Below, one piece after another: positions 18,921 through 28,989 of a stretch of 64,000 nucleotides of DNA. The notes beneath the pieces are model-generated. The model saw only the letters and a list, made by a program, of their open reading frames with translations. It was not told the origin of the DNA and made no database searches. The position numbers were made by a program, and so were the translations under genes. The stretch is from positions 32,001-96,000 of the forward strand of contig CAVYGB010000004.1 of assembly GCA_963767925.1 (NCBI GenBank), written 5' to 3'. Position 1 is the first letter of the stretch, and every line of letters begins with the position of its first letter. The DNA comes from an uncultured delta proteobacterium (GTDB taxonomy: Bacteria > Myxococcota_A > Polyangia > Fen-1088).

Positions 18921-20123
18921 TCAGGCCTTGCGCTTGGCGGCCTGGGGTGGCACGAGCACCTTCATCGGCTCGTGAATCCCCACGTTACGGGCCACGTTCC
19001 AGAGGCGCTCGATGAGGCTGTCGGTGATCTCGTGGCCCCGGGCCACCAGCAGGCCGCCCCCCTTGCTGCGCACGTCTTCGAGGAAGACCATCGTCGGGCG
19101 GAGCTGGGCCAGCAGCAGGTCCTGCTCCTGGGCCGAGGTCAGGCGGTTGCCGAGCAGGGTGGCGAAGGCGGCCAGCAGATCGGGATCGTAGATGCCCCGG
19201 CGGGCGCCCATGGTCTCCAGCGCCGCCGCCGCGTTGAGGTTCTGGGTCTCGAGCACGTCGTAGTCGAGGAGGATGCGCAACATCCTCGCGCCGACCGGCA
19301 GATCGGTCCCCTTGCGGTTGCCCCCCTCGCCGTCGAAGCGGCTCTGCAGCTGGTTGAGGATCTCGCGCACCGGCTCGAGGCGGGGGATGCTGGCCAGCAG
19401 GCGTTCGGTCACTTCGGGCACCCGCTTGACCATGTCCTGCTCGACCGAGGTCAGCGGCTTGCCCTCGGCCACCTTCTCCGCTGTCTCGTGGGGCAAGGTG
19501 ATGGTCCCGATGGGAAACAACATGGCCGCCATCTCGATGGCCCAGCGGCCCGGGATCTCGAGCTGGGTGATCAGGGCGGCCGCCCGGGTCTTGGCCCGGG
19601 TGGCCCGGCCGAAGGCGACCGGGTTCTGCAGCGACAGGATCTCGATCAGCGTCTTGATGCTGCCGTGAAGCGTCTGCTCCAGCAGCACCCGCTCGCTGGT
19701 CACCAGCCGGTATTGCTCGACGGCCGCCTGGACCGCCCCGATCAGGGTGTCGGGCGAGCAGGGCTTGGTGAGGAACCGGAAGATCTGCCCTTCGTTGATG
19801 GCGGCGATGGCGGCGTCGATCTCCGAGTACCCGGTGAGCAACATGCGGACGGTGTCCGGGCTCTTGCGGCGCACCTGGGCCAAAAACTCTGCCCCGTCCA
19901 TGCCCGGCATGCGCATGTCGGAGATGACGGCGGCGACCCCCCCGAGCTGGGCCAGCTTGTCGAGGCCCTCCGCCCCGCCGCCGGCGGTGTGCACCTCGAA
20001 GTGACGCCGGAGGTTCAGGGTGAGGGCCGACAGGACCTGCGCCTCGTCGTCCACACACAGGATGCGCGGCTTCGTCGAGGGCTTGGCCCCCGCTTCGCTG
20101 GATGTCTGGGGTGCGACGCTCAT
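18921..20123 (-). CDS. Response regulator with degenerate HD-GYP-like output domain
   Basis: REC (ILCVDDE, ISDMRMPGMDG, FLTKP); in the RpfG-like domain LHDIG reads LFPIG and GYP is absent. Confidence 0.85.
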   Translation of the reverse strand: MSVAPQTSSEAGAKPSTKPRILCVDDEAQVLSALTLNLRRHFEVHTAGGGAEGLDKLAQLGGVAAVISDMRMPGMDGAEFLAQVRRKSPDTVRMLLTGYSEIDAAIAAINEGQIFRFLTKPCSPDTLIGAVQAAVEQYRLVTSERVLLEQTLHGSIKTLIEILSLQNPVAFGRATRAKTRAAALITQLEIPGRWAIEMAAMLFPIGTITLPHETAEKVAEGKPLTSVEQDMVKRVPEVTERLLASIPRLEPVREILNQLQSRFDGEGGNRKGTDLPVGARMLRILLDYDVLETQNLNAAAALETMGARRGIYDPDLLAAFATLLGNRLTSAQEQDLLLAQLRPTMVFLEDVRSKGGGLLVARGHEITDSLIERLWNVARNVGIHEPMKVLVPPQAAKRKA

Positions 20124-21534
20124 GGTGGGGGGGATCCTCTCCGGGCAGGATGGGCAGCTTCACCCAGAACGTCGACCCTCGACCCACTTCGGTGTCGAAC
20201 GTCAGGGTGCCGCCGTGCTTCTCGGTGACCAGCGTGCGGGCGATGGTCAACCCGAGGCCGGTCCCCTTGCCGACCGGCTTGGTGGTGAAGAAGGGATTGA
20301 AGATCCGGTCGCGGGCCTCGACCGGGATGCCGACCCCGGTGTCGCTGATGCCGATCACCATCTGGCCGTCGGCCTGGGAGGTGCGGACGGTGATCACCCC
20401 CGGGGCGCCCGTGCTGTCGGCCGCCTGGATGGCCTGGGCGGCGTTGACCAGGAGGTTGAGGAACACCTGGTTGAGGTCGCCGCTGTGGCACAGAAACATC
20501 GGCAGCTCCTCGAACTCGGTCTTGAGCTCGGCGAAGAGGCGGTATTCGGGCCGGGCCACCACCGCCGCGGTCTGCACCAGCTTGTTGAGGTCGGCCAGGC
20601 CCTTCTCCCGTTTCTCGGGGCGGCTGAAGGCCTTGACCGCCTGCACGATCTCGCCGACCCGGTTGATGCCGTCCAGGCAGCGGTCGAGGGCCTTCGGCAT
20701 CTCGGCGGTGAGGAAGTCGACCTCGATCTGCTTCTCGACCACGCGGATCTCCTCGAGCAGCGCGACCGCCGTCGGCTCACCCCGGGAGACGGCGTCCCCG
20801 AGCGCCTTGTATTGCCCGAGCAGGCGGTGCAGATCCAGCAAGGCCGAGCGCACGAAGTAGACGCTGTCCCCCACGAACTGCACCGGCGTGTTGATCTCGT
20901 GGGCGATGCCCGCCGCGAGCTGGCCCACCGCCGCCAGCTTCTCCGAGACCACCGTCTGGCGGTGCAAGCGGGTGTTCTCCAGGGCGAGCACGATCTGGGA
21001 GGCCAGGACCGAGGCCGACTCCAGGCTATCCTCCCCGAAGGGCGGATATTGCTCGGCCCGGTTGTAGGTGACGAGGCCGAGCAGCCGGCCTCCCGAGACC
21101 AGCGGGTAGATGATCGAGGTGCGCGAGCGGCCGTGGCCGTTGGCCACCGCGCCGTTGAGGACCAGCGGTCGGCGCGACTCGGCCACCTTCCCGGCGATCC
21201 CTTCGCCCACCTTGATCCGGACCTTCTCCGCCACCCCCGGGGGCAGACCCGAGGCGTGGGCCACCCCCAGCAGCCCATCCGGGCGGGGCAACAGCAGGGT
21301 GACCGCCTCGGAGCCCATCGCCGTCATGGCCGCCTCCACGATCGCGGCCGGGAGCCGCTCCGGGTCGCGGGTCTCGAAGATGATGCGAGTCGCCTCCAGA
21401 AAAGGGAGAGAGGCGTTGATCGGCGCGGGCTCGGGAGGCACACCCGCCGCGTCCGGCTGGGCGGGAGGGCCCGGCACGCTGGCGGGCTCGGAACCGGGCC
21501 CTCCATCCGGCCCGGTCGTTTTCTGGGCAATCAT
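20120..21534 (-). CDS. GAF-domain NtrB-type sensor histidine kinase (3' end affected by an apparent 1-bp indel)
   Basis: AAGIAHEINTP, QVFLNLLVNAAQA, DTGVGI, FNPFFTTKPVGKGTGLGL; the frame runs on into the next gene at a C7 tract (20127-20133). Confidence 0.85.
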
Positions 21535-21669
21535 CCAACCGATCTTTCGTCTGCCAGAAGCCGACCCTTGAGCCGACCCCTGACATCACCCACATCGACG
21601 ACGGGCATCAAGCTCCGAGCGGCGCCGGTCGATGTTCAAGGCCACTCGTTTCCCCGCTGCACTGCCTCG

Positions 21670-22896
21670 ATGTCCTTTGTGAATGTCTTCGTGGCCCGAC
21701 AGCCGGTTTTCGACCGCGACCTGTCGGTGATCGGCTACGAGCTCCTGTTTCGCTCGGGGCTCGAGAACGCCTTTCCGGCGAGCTTCGACCCCAGCCAGGC
21801 CTCGACCCGCGTCATCCAGGACGCCTTGCTGGTGTTCGGCTTCGACGTCCTCACCGCTGGCCGCCTGACCTTCGTGAACGTCACCGAGGAGGTGCTGGCC
21901 CAGCGCCTGTACCGGGCCCTGCCACCCGGGCGCACCGTGCTCGAGATCGTCGAGACCGTCGAGGTGTCCCCCGCCCTGGTGGAGCACGTCCGTCAGGCCC
22001 GGCTGGCCGGCTTCCGGATCGCCCTCGACGACTTCGTCCTCACCCAGGCGATCAAGCCCCTTGTCGCGCTCGCCGACATCATCAAGATCGACGTCCAGCT
22101 CAGTACGCCCGCCGAGCAGGCCGAGATCCTGAAGGTCTGCGCCGGCGGCACCCGCATGTTCCTGGCGGAGAAGGTGGAGACGCGCGAGCAGTTCGCCGCC
22201 TCCGTCGCCGCCGGCTGCACCTACTTCCAGGGCTACTTCTTCTCCCGCCCGGAGATGATGTCGCGGGTCGATCTCCCGCCCAGCAAGACCACCCACCTGC
22301 GCTTCATGGGTGAGGTGATGCGCGAGGACCTCGACTTCGAGCGGCTCGAGGAGATCCTCAAGCTCGACCTGGCCCTGTCGGTCAAGCTGCTGCGCTACCT
22401 CAACTCGGCCGCCTTCGGCTGGCGCAGCCAGGTGCAGTCGCTGAAGAAGGCGATGGTGCTGCTCGGCGAGCGCCACTTCCGGCAGTGGGCCGCCATGATG
22501 GCGGTGGTGGCCCTGTCGGAGGGGCCCGAGGAGCTCACCCTGGCCTGCCTGGCCCGGGCCCGCCTGTGCGAGCGCATGGCCGACGTGACGAGCAGCTCGG
22601 TCTCGGCCTTCGACGCCTTCCTGGTGGGGCTGCTGAGCCTGGTCGACTCGATGCTGGACCGGCCCCTGTTCGAGATCCTGCGCGAGCTCGGGGTGGGCGG
22701 CGAGGTGGAGAAGGCCCTGCTGGGCAAGGAGACCTGCCCGCTGGCCGACCTGCTCCGGCTCTCGATGGCCTACGAGATCGCCGCCTGGGACGAGGTCGAC
22801 CACCTCATGAAACACCTCGGCATCCCCGAGGATAAGCTGCAGGAGGAGTACCTCGAGTCCCTGCAGTGGGCCCGCCAGACCCTGGCGCTGGTCTGA
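21670..22896 (+). CDS. EAL + HDOD domain protein (YuxH/PdeH-like)
   Basis: VARQPVF, GYELLFR, ALDDF, LAEKVET, FQGYFFSRP, then LSVKLLRYLNSAAFG. Confidence 0.9.
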   Translation: MSFVNVFVARQPVFDRDLSVIGYELLFRSGLENAFPASFDPSQASTRVIQDALLVFGFDVLTAGRLTFVNVTEEVLAQRLYRALPPGRTVLEIVETVEVSPALVEHVRQARLAGFRIALDDFVLTQAIKPLVALADIIKIDVQLSTPAEQAEILKVCAGGTRMFLAEKVETREQFAASVAAGCTYFQGYFFSRPEMMSRVDLPPSKTTHLRFMGEVMREDLDFERLEEILKLDLALSVKLLRYLNSAAFGWRSQVQSLKKAMVLLGERHFRQWAAMMAVVALSEGPEELTLACLARARLCERMADVTSSSVSAFDAFLVGLLSLVDSMLDRPLFEILRELGVGGEVEKALLGKETCPLADLLRLSMAYEIAAWDEVDHLMKHLGIPEDKLQEEYLESLQWARQTLALV

Positions 22897-22959
22897 GCGA
22901 GGCCGCGGTCGAGCTGGCCGCAGCCGCGACACCATCGACGGGCTGGTAGCCAGAGACCG

Positions 22960-24147
22960 TCATCGATGACGCAGGGTCGTCGCGGCGGTCAGCACGCTGG
23001 CGAGCCTGCCGGCGAAGTCCCGCGGTGTCCAGGCGGCCAGGCGGGCCCGTCCCCGTTCCGCGAGCTGGGCCCGTAGCTCCGCTTCGAGGACGACCCTCGT
23101 GATGGCGTCGGCCAGATGCCGGGCGTTCCTGGGATCGACGAGGAGGCCGGCGTCGCCGACCTGCTCGCGGATCCCGGGCAGGTCAGAGGTGATCACCGAG
23201 CAGCCGTGGGCCCACGCTTCCAGCACGGGGATGTTGGTGGGGCCAAACCAGGTCGGCATCACGAGCGCAGAGGCCAGGCGGTACAGCGCGGGCATGTCCT
23301 CGTCGGGCACGTAGCCCAGGAACCGAACCTGATGTTGCAGGCCCAGGCGGTACGTCAGGTCGAGTATCCGGGCGTACTCCCGGTTCTTGCTCCCGGCGAG
23401 CAACAGCGGAGGACGGAGAGCCTTTCGCTCGGCGAGGTGGGCCAGCGCCCGGAGCAGCACCTCGTGGTTCTTGTGGGGCCAGAAGGCCGCGGGATAAAAC
23501 AGGAACCCGTCCTGCGGGCGGTATCGCTCGCGAACGCGTCGGAGATCGGCCTCTGCTGGCGGCGCGGTCGTCGCGGGTGAGGCCAGGTAGGGGAGGCTGT
23601 GAACGCGTTCGGGCGGCACGTCGTAGGCGGTCAGCACCTGCTGCTTGCCCACCTCCGAATCGGTAAGCACGGCGGCCGCGCGGGGCAGGGCGTTGCGGTA
23701 GACGAACTCTCTTCGGCGGCCCTCGCCGTGGGCCGAGACCTCGGGGAAGTGGGGTTGCAGCAGTTGCTGCAGGTCGTGGACCGGAAAGACGGCCGGGTAG
23801 GGCCAGAGGAAGCTGTGGACGGTCGGCTTCACGTACAGCATCACCTCCGGCGGATCGGCGGTGATGGCGGGCGGGGGGGGGATGAGCGGCAGGGGGTGGA
23901 GGTTGCCCAGGCGGGCCAGTCCCATCAGCACCGCCTCGCCGGCCAGGGCCAGGGCCAGCCGCTCGGCGGGGAGCTCGAGGACGCGCCAGTGGGCGGGCAC
24001 CGCCACCGGCAGCGGATCGAACCAGGCGTTGTAGACCGTGTAGCGGTGCTGGGGCTCGTGTTGGCCGAGGGTGGCCAGCAAGGTGGTGGCGTACTGGAAC
24101 AGCCCTCCCTGACTGCGGCGGGCGTTGAAGTAGATGCCGACCCTCAC
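22960..24147 (-). CDS. Glycosyltransferase family 4 (GT-B)
   Basis: VHDLQ, FYPAAFWPHKNH, FGPTNIPVLEAW, SDLPGIREQVGDAG; GTG 24147 overlaps the upstream stop. Confidence 0.9.
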   Translation of the reverse strand: MRVGIYFNARRSQGGLFQYATTLLATLGQHEPQHRYTVYNAWFDPLPVAVPAHWRVLELPAERLALALAGEAVLMGLARLGNLHPLPLIPPPPAITADPPEVMLYVKPTVHSFLWPYPAVFPVHDLQQLLQPHFPEVSAHGEGRRREFVYRNALPRAAAVLTDSEVGKQQVLTAYDVPPERVHSLPYLASPATTAPPAEADLRRVRERYRPQDGFLFYPAAFWPHKNHEVLLRALAHLAERKALRPPLLLAGSKNREYARILDLTYRLGLQHQVRFLGYVPDEDMPALYRLASALVMPTWFGPTNIPVLEAWAHGCSVITSDLPGIREQVGDAGLLVDPRNARHLADAITRVVLEAELRAQLAERGRARLAAWTPRDFAGRLASVLTAATTLRHR

Positions 24148-24938
24148 ACGGCCCGCAGGACCCATGTGGCGTTCCAGTCGCGGGGGGTGGGGGGGCGGTG
24201 GGGGTCGAGGAAGGGGCAGACCTGGGCGACCTGGAAGCGGGCGGCGGCGGCGAGCAGCTCCACTTCGCCGGGGAAGAGGAAGCGGAGCAGGTGGGACTCC
24301 TCGACGGGGTCGGGGCCCTCGACGCCGTTGGCGGTGGCGGCGCCGTTGGCGGCGGCGGGGGCGGGGCGGCGGGTGAGGCGGTAGTCGACCCGCACGGTCT
24401 GGGCCAGCAGGTCGAGGGTGGGGCGGGCCGAGCGGGTCACCTCCTCGCCGTCGAGCACGGTGGTCTTGCTGCGCGCGCTGGGGGGATCGAGCAGCACGCC
24501 GGGGCCGAACCAGGCGTCGAACACGAACAGGCCGCCGGGCTGCAAGTGGCGGCGGGCGGTGGCGAAGGCCTGGCCGATGTCGCCCACCGTGGCCTGGTAG
24601 GAGATGACCGCGAACATGGCGATGACCGCGTCGAAGGTCCGGCCCAGGGCGACCGCGCGCAGATCGGCCTGCACCAGCTCGACCGGCGTCCGGGCGGCGC
24701 GGAGCTTCTCGCGGGCCAGCGCCAGCATCGGCTCGGACCTGTCGATGGCCGTCACCCGGTAGCCCCGCTGGGACAGCGGGCCGGCGTGGCCCCCGGTGCC
24801 GCAGCCGAGCTCCAGCAGCCGCCGCACCGGGCCGGCGGCGTGGCGGTGGAAGAGCTGCTCGACGAAGTCGACCTCGGCGGCGTAGTCCTTGTCCCGGTAC
24901 AGGCCGTCGTAATAGGGGGCGTACTGCTCGAACACCAT
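24144..24938 (-). CDS. Class I SAM-dependent methyltransferase (sugar-type)
   Basis: YAPYYD.LY.DKDY..E, LLELGCGTGGH, HLQPGGLFVFDAWFGP; TGATG coupling to the DegT gene. Confidence 0.88.
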   Translation of the reverse strand: MVFEQYAPYYDGLYRDKDYAAEVDFVEQLFHRHAAGPVRRLLELGCGTGGHAGPLSQRGYRVTAIDRSEPMLALAREKLRAARTPVELVQADLRAVALGRTFDAVIAMFAVISYQATVGDIGQAFATARRHLQPGGLFVFDAWFGPGVLLDPPSARSKTTVLDGEEVTRSARPTLDLLAQTVRVDYRLTRRPAPAAANGAATANGVEGPDPVEESHLLRFLFPGEVELLAAAARFQVAQVCPFLDPHRPPTPRDWNATWVLRAV

Positions 24939-26041
24939 CACAGCGCCCGGCCGAGGGCGGTGCACACCTCGTCCATCTGAGTTTCGCTGAGCGTGAGCCC
25001 CGAGGGGAGGTAGAGGCCCCGGCGGGCGATCCGCTCGGCCACCGGGTGCCGGTCCTCGGCGAACAGGCCCCGCTTCCGGAAGGCGGGCTGCTCGTGCATG
25101 CCCAGGAAAAACGGGCGCGTCTCGACCCCCATCACCCGCAGGCGGTGGGCCAGCTCGGCGGCGTCGAGGCCGGCGTCGTCGCGCAGGACCACCCCGTACA
25201 CCCAGTAGACGTTGCGGGCCCAGGGCTCCTCGACCGGCAGCTCGAGCTGGGTGAAGCGGGCCAGGCGCTCGTTGTAGCCCCGTCCGAGGCGGCGCTTGCG
25301 CTCGATCCGATCTTCCACGTTGTCGAGCTGGGCGCAGCCGATGGCGGCCTGCAGGTTGGTGAGGCGGTAGTTGTGCCCGATCTCCTCGTGCAGGAAGCGC
25401 CGTTCGGGCAAGAAGGCCAGGTTGCGCTCGGCGCGCAGGCGGGCGGCCAGGCGGTCGTCGCGGGTCAGGACCATGCCGCCTTCGCCGGTGGTGATGATCT
25501 TGTTGGCGTAGAAGCTGAAGCAGCTCATGTCGCCCAGGCCCCCGCAGCGCCGCCCGCGGTATTCGGCGCCGTGGGCCTCGGCGGCGTCCTCGATGATCGG
25601 CAGCTTGTGGCGCCAGGCCAGGTCGGCCAGAGGGTCCATGTCGACCGGGTGCCCGTAGATGTGGACCGCCATGATGGCCCGGGTGCGGGGGCCGATGCGG
25701 GCCGCCACCTGGCGCACGTCCATGGTGAAGGTGCGGGGGTCGGCGTCGACCAGCACCGGGACGGCGCCCGCGTCGATCACCGCCACCGCGCAGGAGACGA
25801 TGGTGAAGGTCGGGAGGATGACCTCGTCGCCGGGCTGCAGGTCGAGGCAGGCCACCGCGGCCGAGAGGGCGGCGCTGCCGTTGCACACGGCCACGCCGTG
25901 GGGCATCCCGCAGAAGGCCGCCCAGCGGCGCTCGAACTCGTCGAGGTATTTGCCCGACGACGACACCCAGCCCGAGCGCAGGCACTCGTCGGCGTATTGC
26001 CGTTCGCGCGGGCCGATGTCGGGCTCGCTGACCGGGATCAC
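24938..26041 (-). CDS. DegT/DnrJ/EryC1/StrS aminotransferase (perosamine synthase-like)
   Basis: GWVSS.G, VHIYGHP, EDAAEAHGA, SFYANKIITTGEGG, NYRLTNLQAAIG, GLYLPSG. Confidence 0.92.
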   Translation of the reverse strand: MIPVSEPDIGPRERQYADECLRSGWVSSSGKYLDEFERRWAAFCGMPHGVAVCNGSAALSAAVACLDLQPGDEVILPTFTIVSCAVAVIDAGAVPVLVDADPRTFTMDVRQVAARIGPRTRAIMAVHIYGHPVDMDPLADLAWRHKLPIIEDAAEAHGAEYRGRRCGGLGDMSCFSFYANKIITTGEGGMVLTRDDRLAARLRAERNLAFLPERRFLHEEIGHNYRLTNLQAAIGCAQLDNVEDRIERKRRLGRGYNERLARFTQLELPVEEPWARNVYWVYGVVLRDDAGLDAAELAHRLRVMGVETRPFFLGMHEQPAFRKRGLFAEDRHPVAERIARRGLYLPSGLTLSETQMDEVCTALGRAL

Positions 26042-26487
26042 GGGAAGCGCTCCTTCTCGTCGAGGCCACCGTAGGGCCCCTGCTTGATCTCGAGCAACAC
26101 CGTGTCCTCGAGCATGCGGAAGCCGTGCCCCCCCGCCACCAGCAGGATGACGTCCCCCGTGTCGAGCAGGGGCTCGGCCACCAGGTGGCGGTCGGCGTCG
26201 AAGATGCGGGCCTCGACCTGCCCCCGCCGCACCAGCAACATCTCGGGCGTGCCGGTCAGCCGCCGCTCGACGGGGCGGTGGCTGTGGTCGGGGCAGCGCC
26301 CGCCGGCGGGGTAGACCACGAAGCCGGCCTGCTGGGGCAGGTGCCCGGGGGTCACGAAGGTGGTCCGGTCCGGGACGAACCAGGAGCGGATCACGATGGC
26401 CAGCAGCTCTCCGGTCTGCGTGCGGATCTCCTCGAGACCCCCGCTGCCGGCCGCCACCACCTGCCCGGACCGTGCTACTCCCTGCAT
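26038..26487 (-). CDS. Cupin-fold protein (sugar-cluster associated)
   Basis: H-S-H...E...GDVILLVAGGHGF..LEDT.LLEIKQGPY; GTGA-coupled to the DegT gene. Confidence 0.7.
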   Translation of the reverse strand: MQGVARSGQVVAAGSGGLEEIRTQTGELLAIVIRSWFVPDRTTFVTPGHLPQQAGFVVYPAGGRCPDHSHRPVERRLTGTPEMLLVRRGQVEARIFDADRHLVAEPLLDTGDVILLVAGGHGFRMLEDTVLLEIKQGPYGGLDEKERFP

Positions 26488-26595
26488 CCGCCCTCCATCA
26501 CCTCGGCGCTGCGCTGGCCCACCCTCGCGCTGCGCCCACCCGCGCCGGACGTCCCTGTACCCGCGCCCATCGTATCACCTCCTCGCCGGTCACGC

Positions 26596-27951
26596 CTAGC
26601 GGGCGCCCCGGGCGGTGAAGACCGCGGGGATGGTGCGCAGCAGGATGGCCAGGTCGAGGGCCACGCTCCAGCTGTCCACGTATTGCAGGTCGAGGCGCAT
26701 CCAGTCCTGAAAGCCGATGTCGCTGCGCCCGCTGACCTGCCACAGGCCGGTGATGCCTGGCTTCATGCTGAGGCGGCGGCGATGTGCGCCGGTCAGCTCC
26801 TCGGTCTCCGACACGGGCAGCGGGCGGGGGCCGACCAGGCTCATGTCGCCCAGCAGGACGTTGAGGAGCTGGGGCAGCTCGTCGATGCTGGTGCGGCGGA
26901 GGAAGCGCCCCATCGGGACCAGGCGCGGGTCGTCGCGCAGCTTGAACACGGGGCCCTCCGCCTCGTTGCGGGACTGCAGGGCCGCCCGCTGCGCCTCGGC
27001 GTTCTCGACCATGGTGCGGAACTTGAACATCCGGAAGGCCCGACCGCGCAGGCCGCCCCGCTTCTGCACGAACAGGGCCGGCCCGGGCGAGCTCGTCTTC
27101 ACCAGCGCGGCCACCGCCAGCAGCAGCGGCAGCAACAGCAGCAGCAGCAGGGCCGCCCCCAGGCGATCGAGGAGGCCCTTCACCAGCAGGGCGGGCCGGT
27201 CGCGCGCGTGGGGGTGGTAGGTGAGATAGAGGTAACGTCCGACAACCTGGGCCCGCGGCGGTACCAGCGCGAGATCGACCTCGTCGATCGGGACGAAGAC
27301 CGGGACGCCCACCAGCTCGCAGGTCGCCACCAGCTCGCGCACCCGCTCGGGCGGCAGGCGCGGCGGCAAGAAGACCTCGTCGATGCCGCCCTTCTGGAGC
27401 TGCCGGCGCAGGTCGTCGGGCTCGCCGCTCGCCAGCAGCTCGACCTGGGTGTCGCGCAGGCGGGCCAGCCGGATGGGATCGTCGGCCACCTCGGCGATGG
27501 GAGGCCGCAGCAGCAGGCTGAGCGACTGCCGCTTGTGGCGCAGGGCCCAGCGCCGCTGCCCCAGCTTCATGACGATCAGAGACACCGTCGACAGCGTCAG
27601 ATAAAGCGCGATGAACGAGCGGTTCATCCGCACCTGGGCCAGCGTGACGATGAGGGCCAGCGCCAGCCCGCCCCAGGCCTGCGTCCAGAGCAAGGTGCGC
27701 AGCAGGACCACCGGCGACCCGGTGAGCACCCGCATGCGGTGCAGCTCGAGCCGCTGCGCGCACAGGGTCCAGGTGGGCAGAAAGGCGAGCACCAGCAGGA
27801 CGTATTCCCGATCGGGCGAAGCGGCCAGCAGCAGATCCGGCAGGGCGGCCGCCAGGTGATCGCGGGCCACCCGGGCCAGGACCACCGCCAGCAGCACCAC
27901 CAGCACGTCCTGCAGCAGCGCCGCGCGCTCGATGGCCTTGCTGCGATTCAC
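26596..27951 (-). CDS. Polyprenyl-phosphate glycosylphosphotransferase (WcaJ/WbaP-type priming sugar transferase)
   Basis: N-terminal TM helices; [59 protein letters not shown] before GTG 27951. Confidence 0.92.
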   Translation of the reverse strand: MNRSKAIERAALLQDVLVVLLAVVLARVARDHLAAALPDLLLAASPDREYVLLVLAFLPTWTLCAQRLELHRMRVLTGSPVVLLRTLLWTQAWGGLALALIVTLAQVRMNRSFIALYLTLSTVSLIVMKLGQRRWALRHKRQSLSLLLRPPIAEVADDPIRLARLRDTQVELLASGEPDDLRRQLQKGGIDEVFLPPRLPPERVRELVATCELVGVPVFVPIDEVDLALVPPRAQVVGRYLYLTYHPHARDRPALLVKGLLDRLGAALLLLLLLPLLLAVAALVKTSSPGPALFVQKRGGLRGRAFRMFKFRTMVENAEAQRAALQSRNEAEGPVFKLRDDPRLVPMGRFLRRTSIDELPQLLNVLLGDMSLVGPRPLPVSETEELTGAHRRRLSMKPGITGLWQVSGRSDIGFQDWMRLDLQYVDSWSVALDLAILLRTIPAVFTARGAR

Positions 27952-28033
27952 GGGACCTCCCCCGATCCATCGGCCGCCGGGGAGCCGCCCTAAACCCGCG
28001 CCGCGCCCCGGCCGATGCGTCCAGGTGGCGCGC

Positions 28034-28987
28034 GTGAGGTCCAAACGCATCCTGGTCACCGGTGGCGCAGGCTTCCTCGGGTCGCACCTGTGCGATCGCC
28101 TGATCGCCGACGGCCACGAGGTCGTGTGCCTCGACAACTTCTTCACCGGCACCCGGGCCAACATCGAGCACCTGCTGCCCCACCGGCACTTCGAGCTGCT
28201 CCGCCACGACGTCGAGCATCCGCTGACGATGGAGGTCGACGAGATCTACCACCTGGCCTGCCCGGCCTCGCCCGTGCACTACCAGCGCAACCCCGTGCGC
28301 ACCATCCGTTCGTCGGTGCTCGGCACGCTGCACCTGCTCGAGGTGGCGCGCGAGTCGCACGCCCGCATCTTGCTGGCCTCGACCTCCGAGGTGTACGGCG
28401 ATCCCGCCGAGCACCCCCAGCGCGAGTCGTACTGGGGACACGTCAACCCCATCGGCCCCCGGGCCTGTTACGACGAGGGGAAGCGCTGCGCCGAGTCCCT
28501 CGCCGTCGCCTACACCGCGCAGCACGACGTGCAGGTGCGCATCGCCCGCATCTTCAACACCTTCGGGCCGCGCCTGCACCCCCACGACGGGCGGGTTGTC
28601 TCCAACTTCATCGTGCAGGCCCTGCGCGGCGAGCCGGTCACGGTGGCGGGCGACGGCACCCAGACCCGCTCGTTCTGCTACGTCGCCGACCTCATCGAGG
28701 GGCTGGTGCGGCTGATGGCCAGCGAACACGGCTGCGACCCGGTCAACCTGGGCAACCCCCGCGAGAGCACCATGCTCGAGCTGGCCCGCATCGTCCTGCG
28801 CCTGAGCGGATCGCCGTCGACCCTCGTGCACCGCCCGCTGCCGGAGAACGACCCCGTGCGCCGCTGCCCCGACATCAGCCGGGCCCAGCAGCTCCTGGGG
28901 GGCTGGACCCCCCGGGTCTCGATGGAGGAGGGGCTCACCACCACGATCGACTACTTTCGCGGCAAGCTCGAGCGCCTGGCGGGCTGA
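28034..28987 (+). CDS. UDP-glucuronic acid decarboxylase (UDP-xylose synthase) family SDR
   Basis: [56 protein letters not shown]. Confidence 0.93.
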   Translation: MRSKRILVTGGAGFLGSHLCDRLIADGHEVVCLDNFFTGTRANIEHLLPHRHFELLRHDVEHPLTMEVDEIYHLACPASPVHYQRNPVRTIRSSVLGTLHLLEVARESHARILLASTSEVYGDPAEHPQRESYWGHVNPIGPRACYDEGKRCAESLAVAYTAQHDVQVRIARIFNTFGPRLHPHDGRVVSNFIVQALRGEPVTVAGDGTQTRSFCYVADLIEGLVRLMASEHGCDPVNLGNPRESTMLELARIVLRLSGSPSTLVHRPLPENDPVRRCPDISRAQQLLGGWTPRVSMEEGLTTTIDYFRGKLERLAG

Positions 28988-28989
28988 GC

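Noticed and set aside
18985..20119. Long C-terminal extension of the GAF kinase (849-aa ORF)
   Set aside because: Out-of-frame read-through over the response regulator caused by the C7 tract
24320..24365. Short GCCGTTGGCGG duplication in the methyltransferase (AANGAATANG)
   Set aside because: In-frame low-complexity loop insertion with no sign of wider significance
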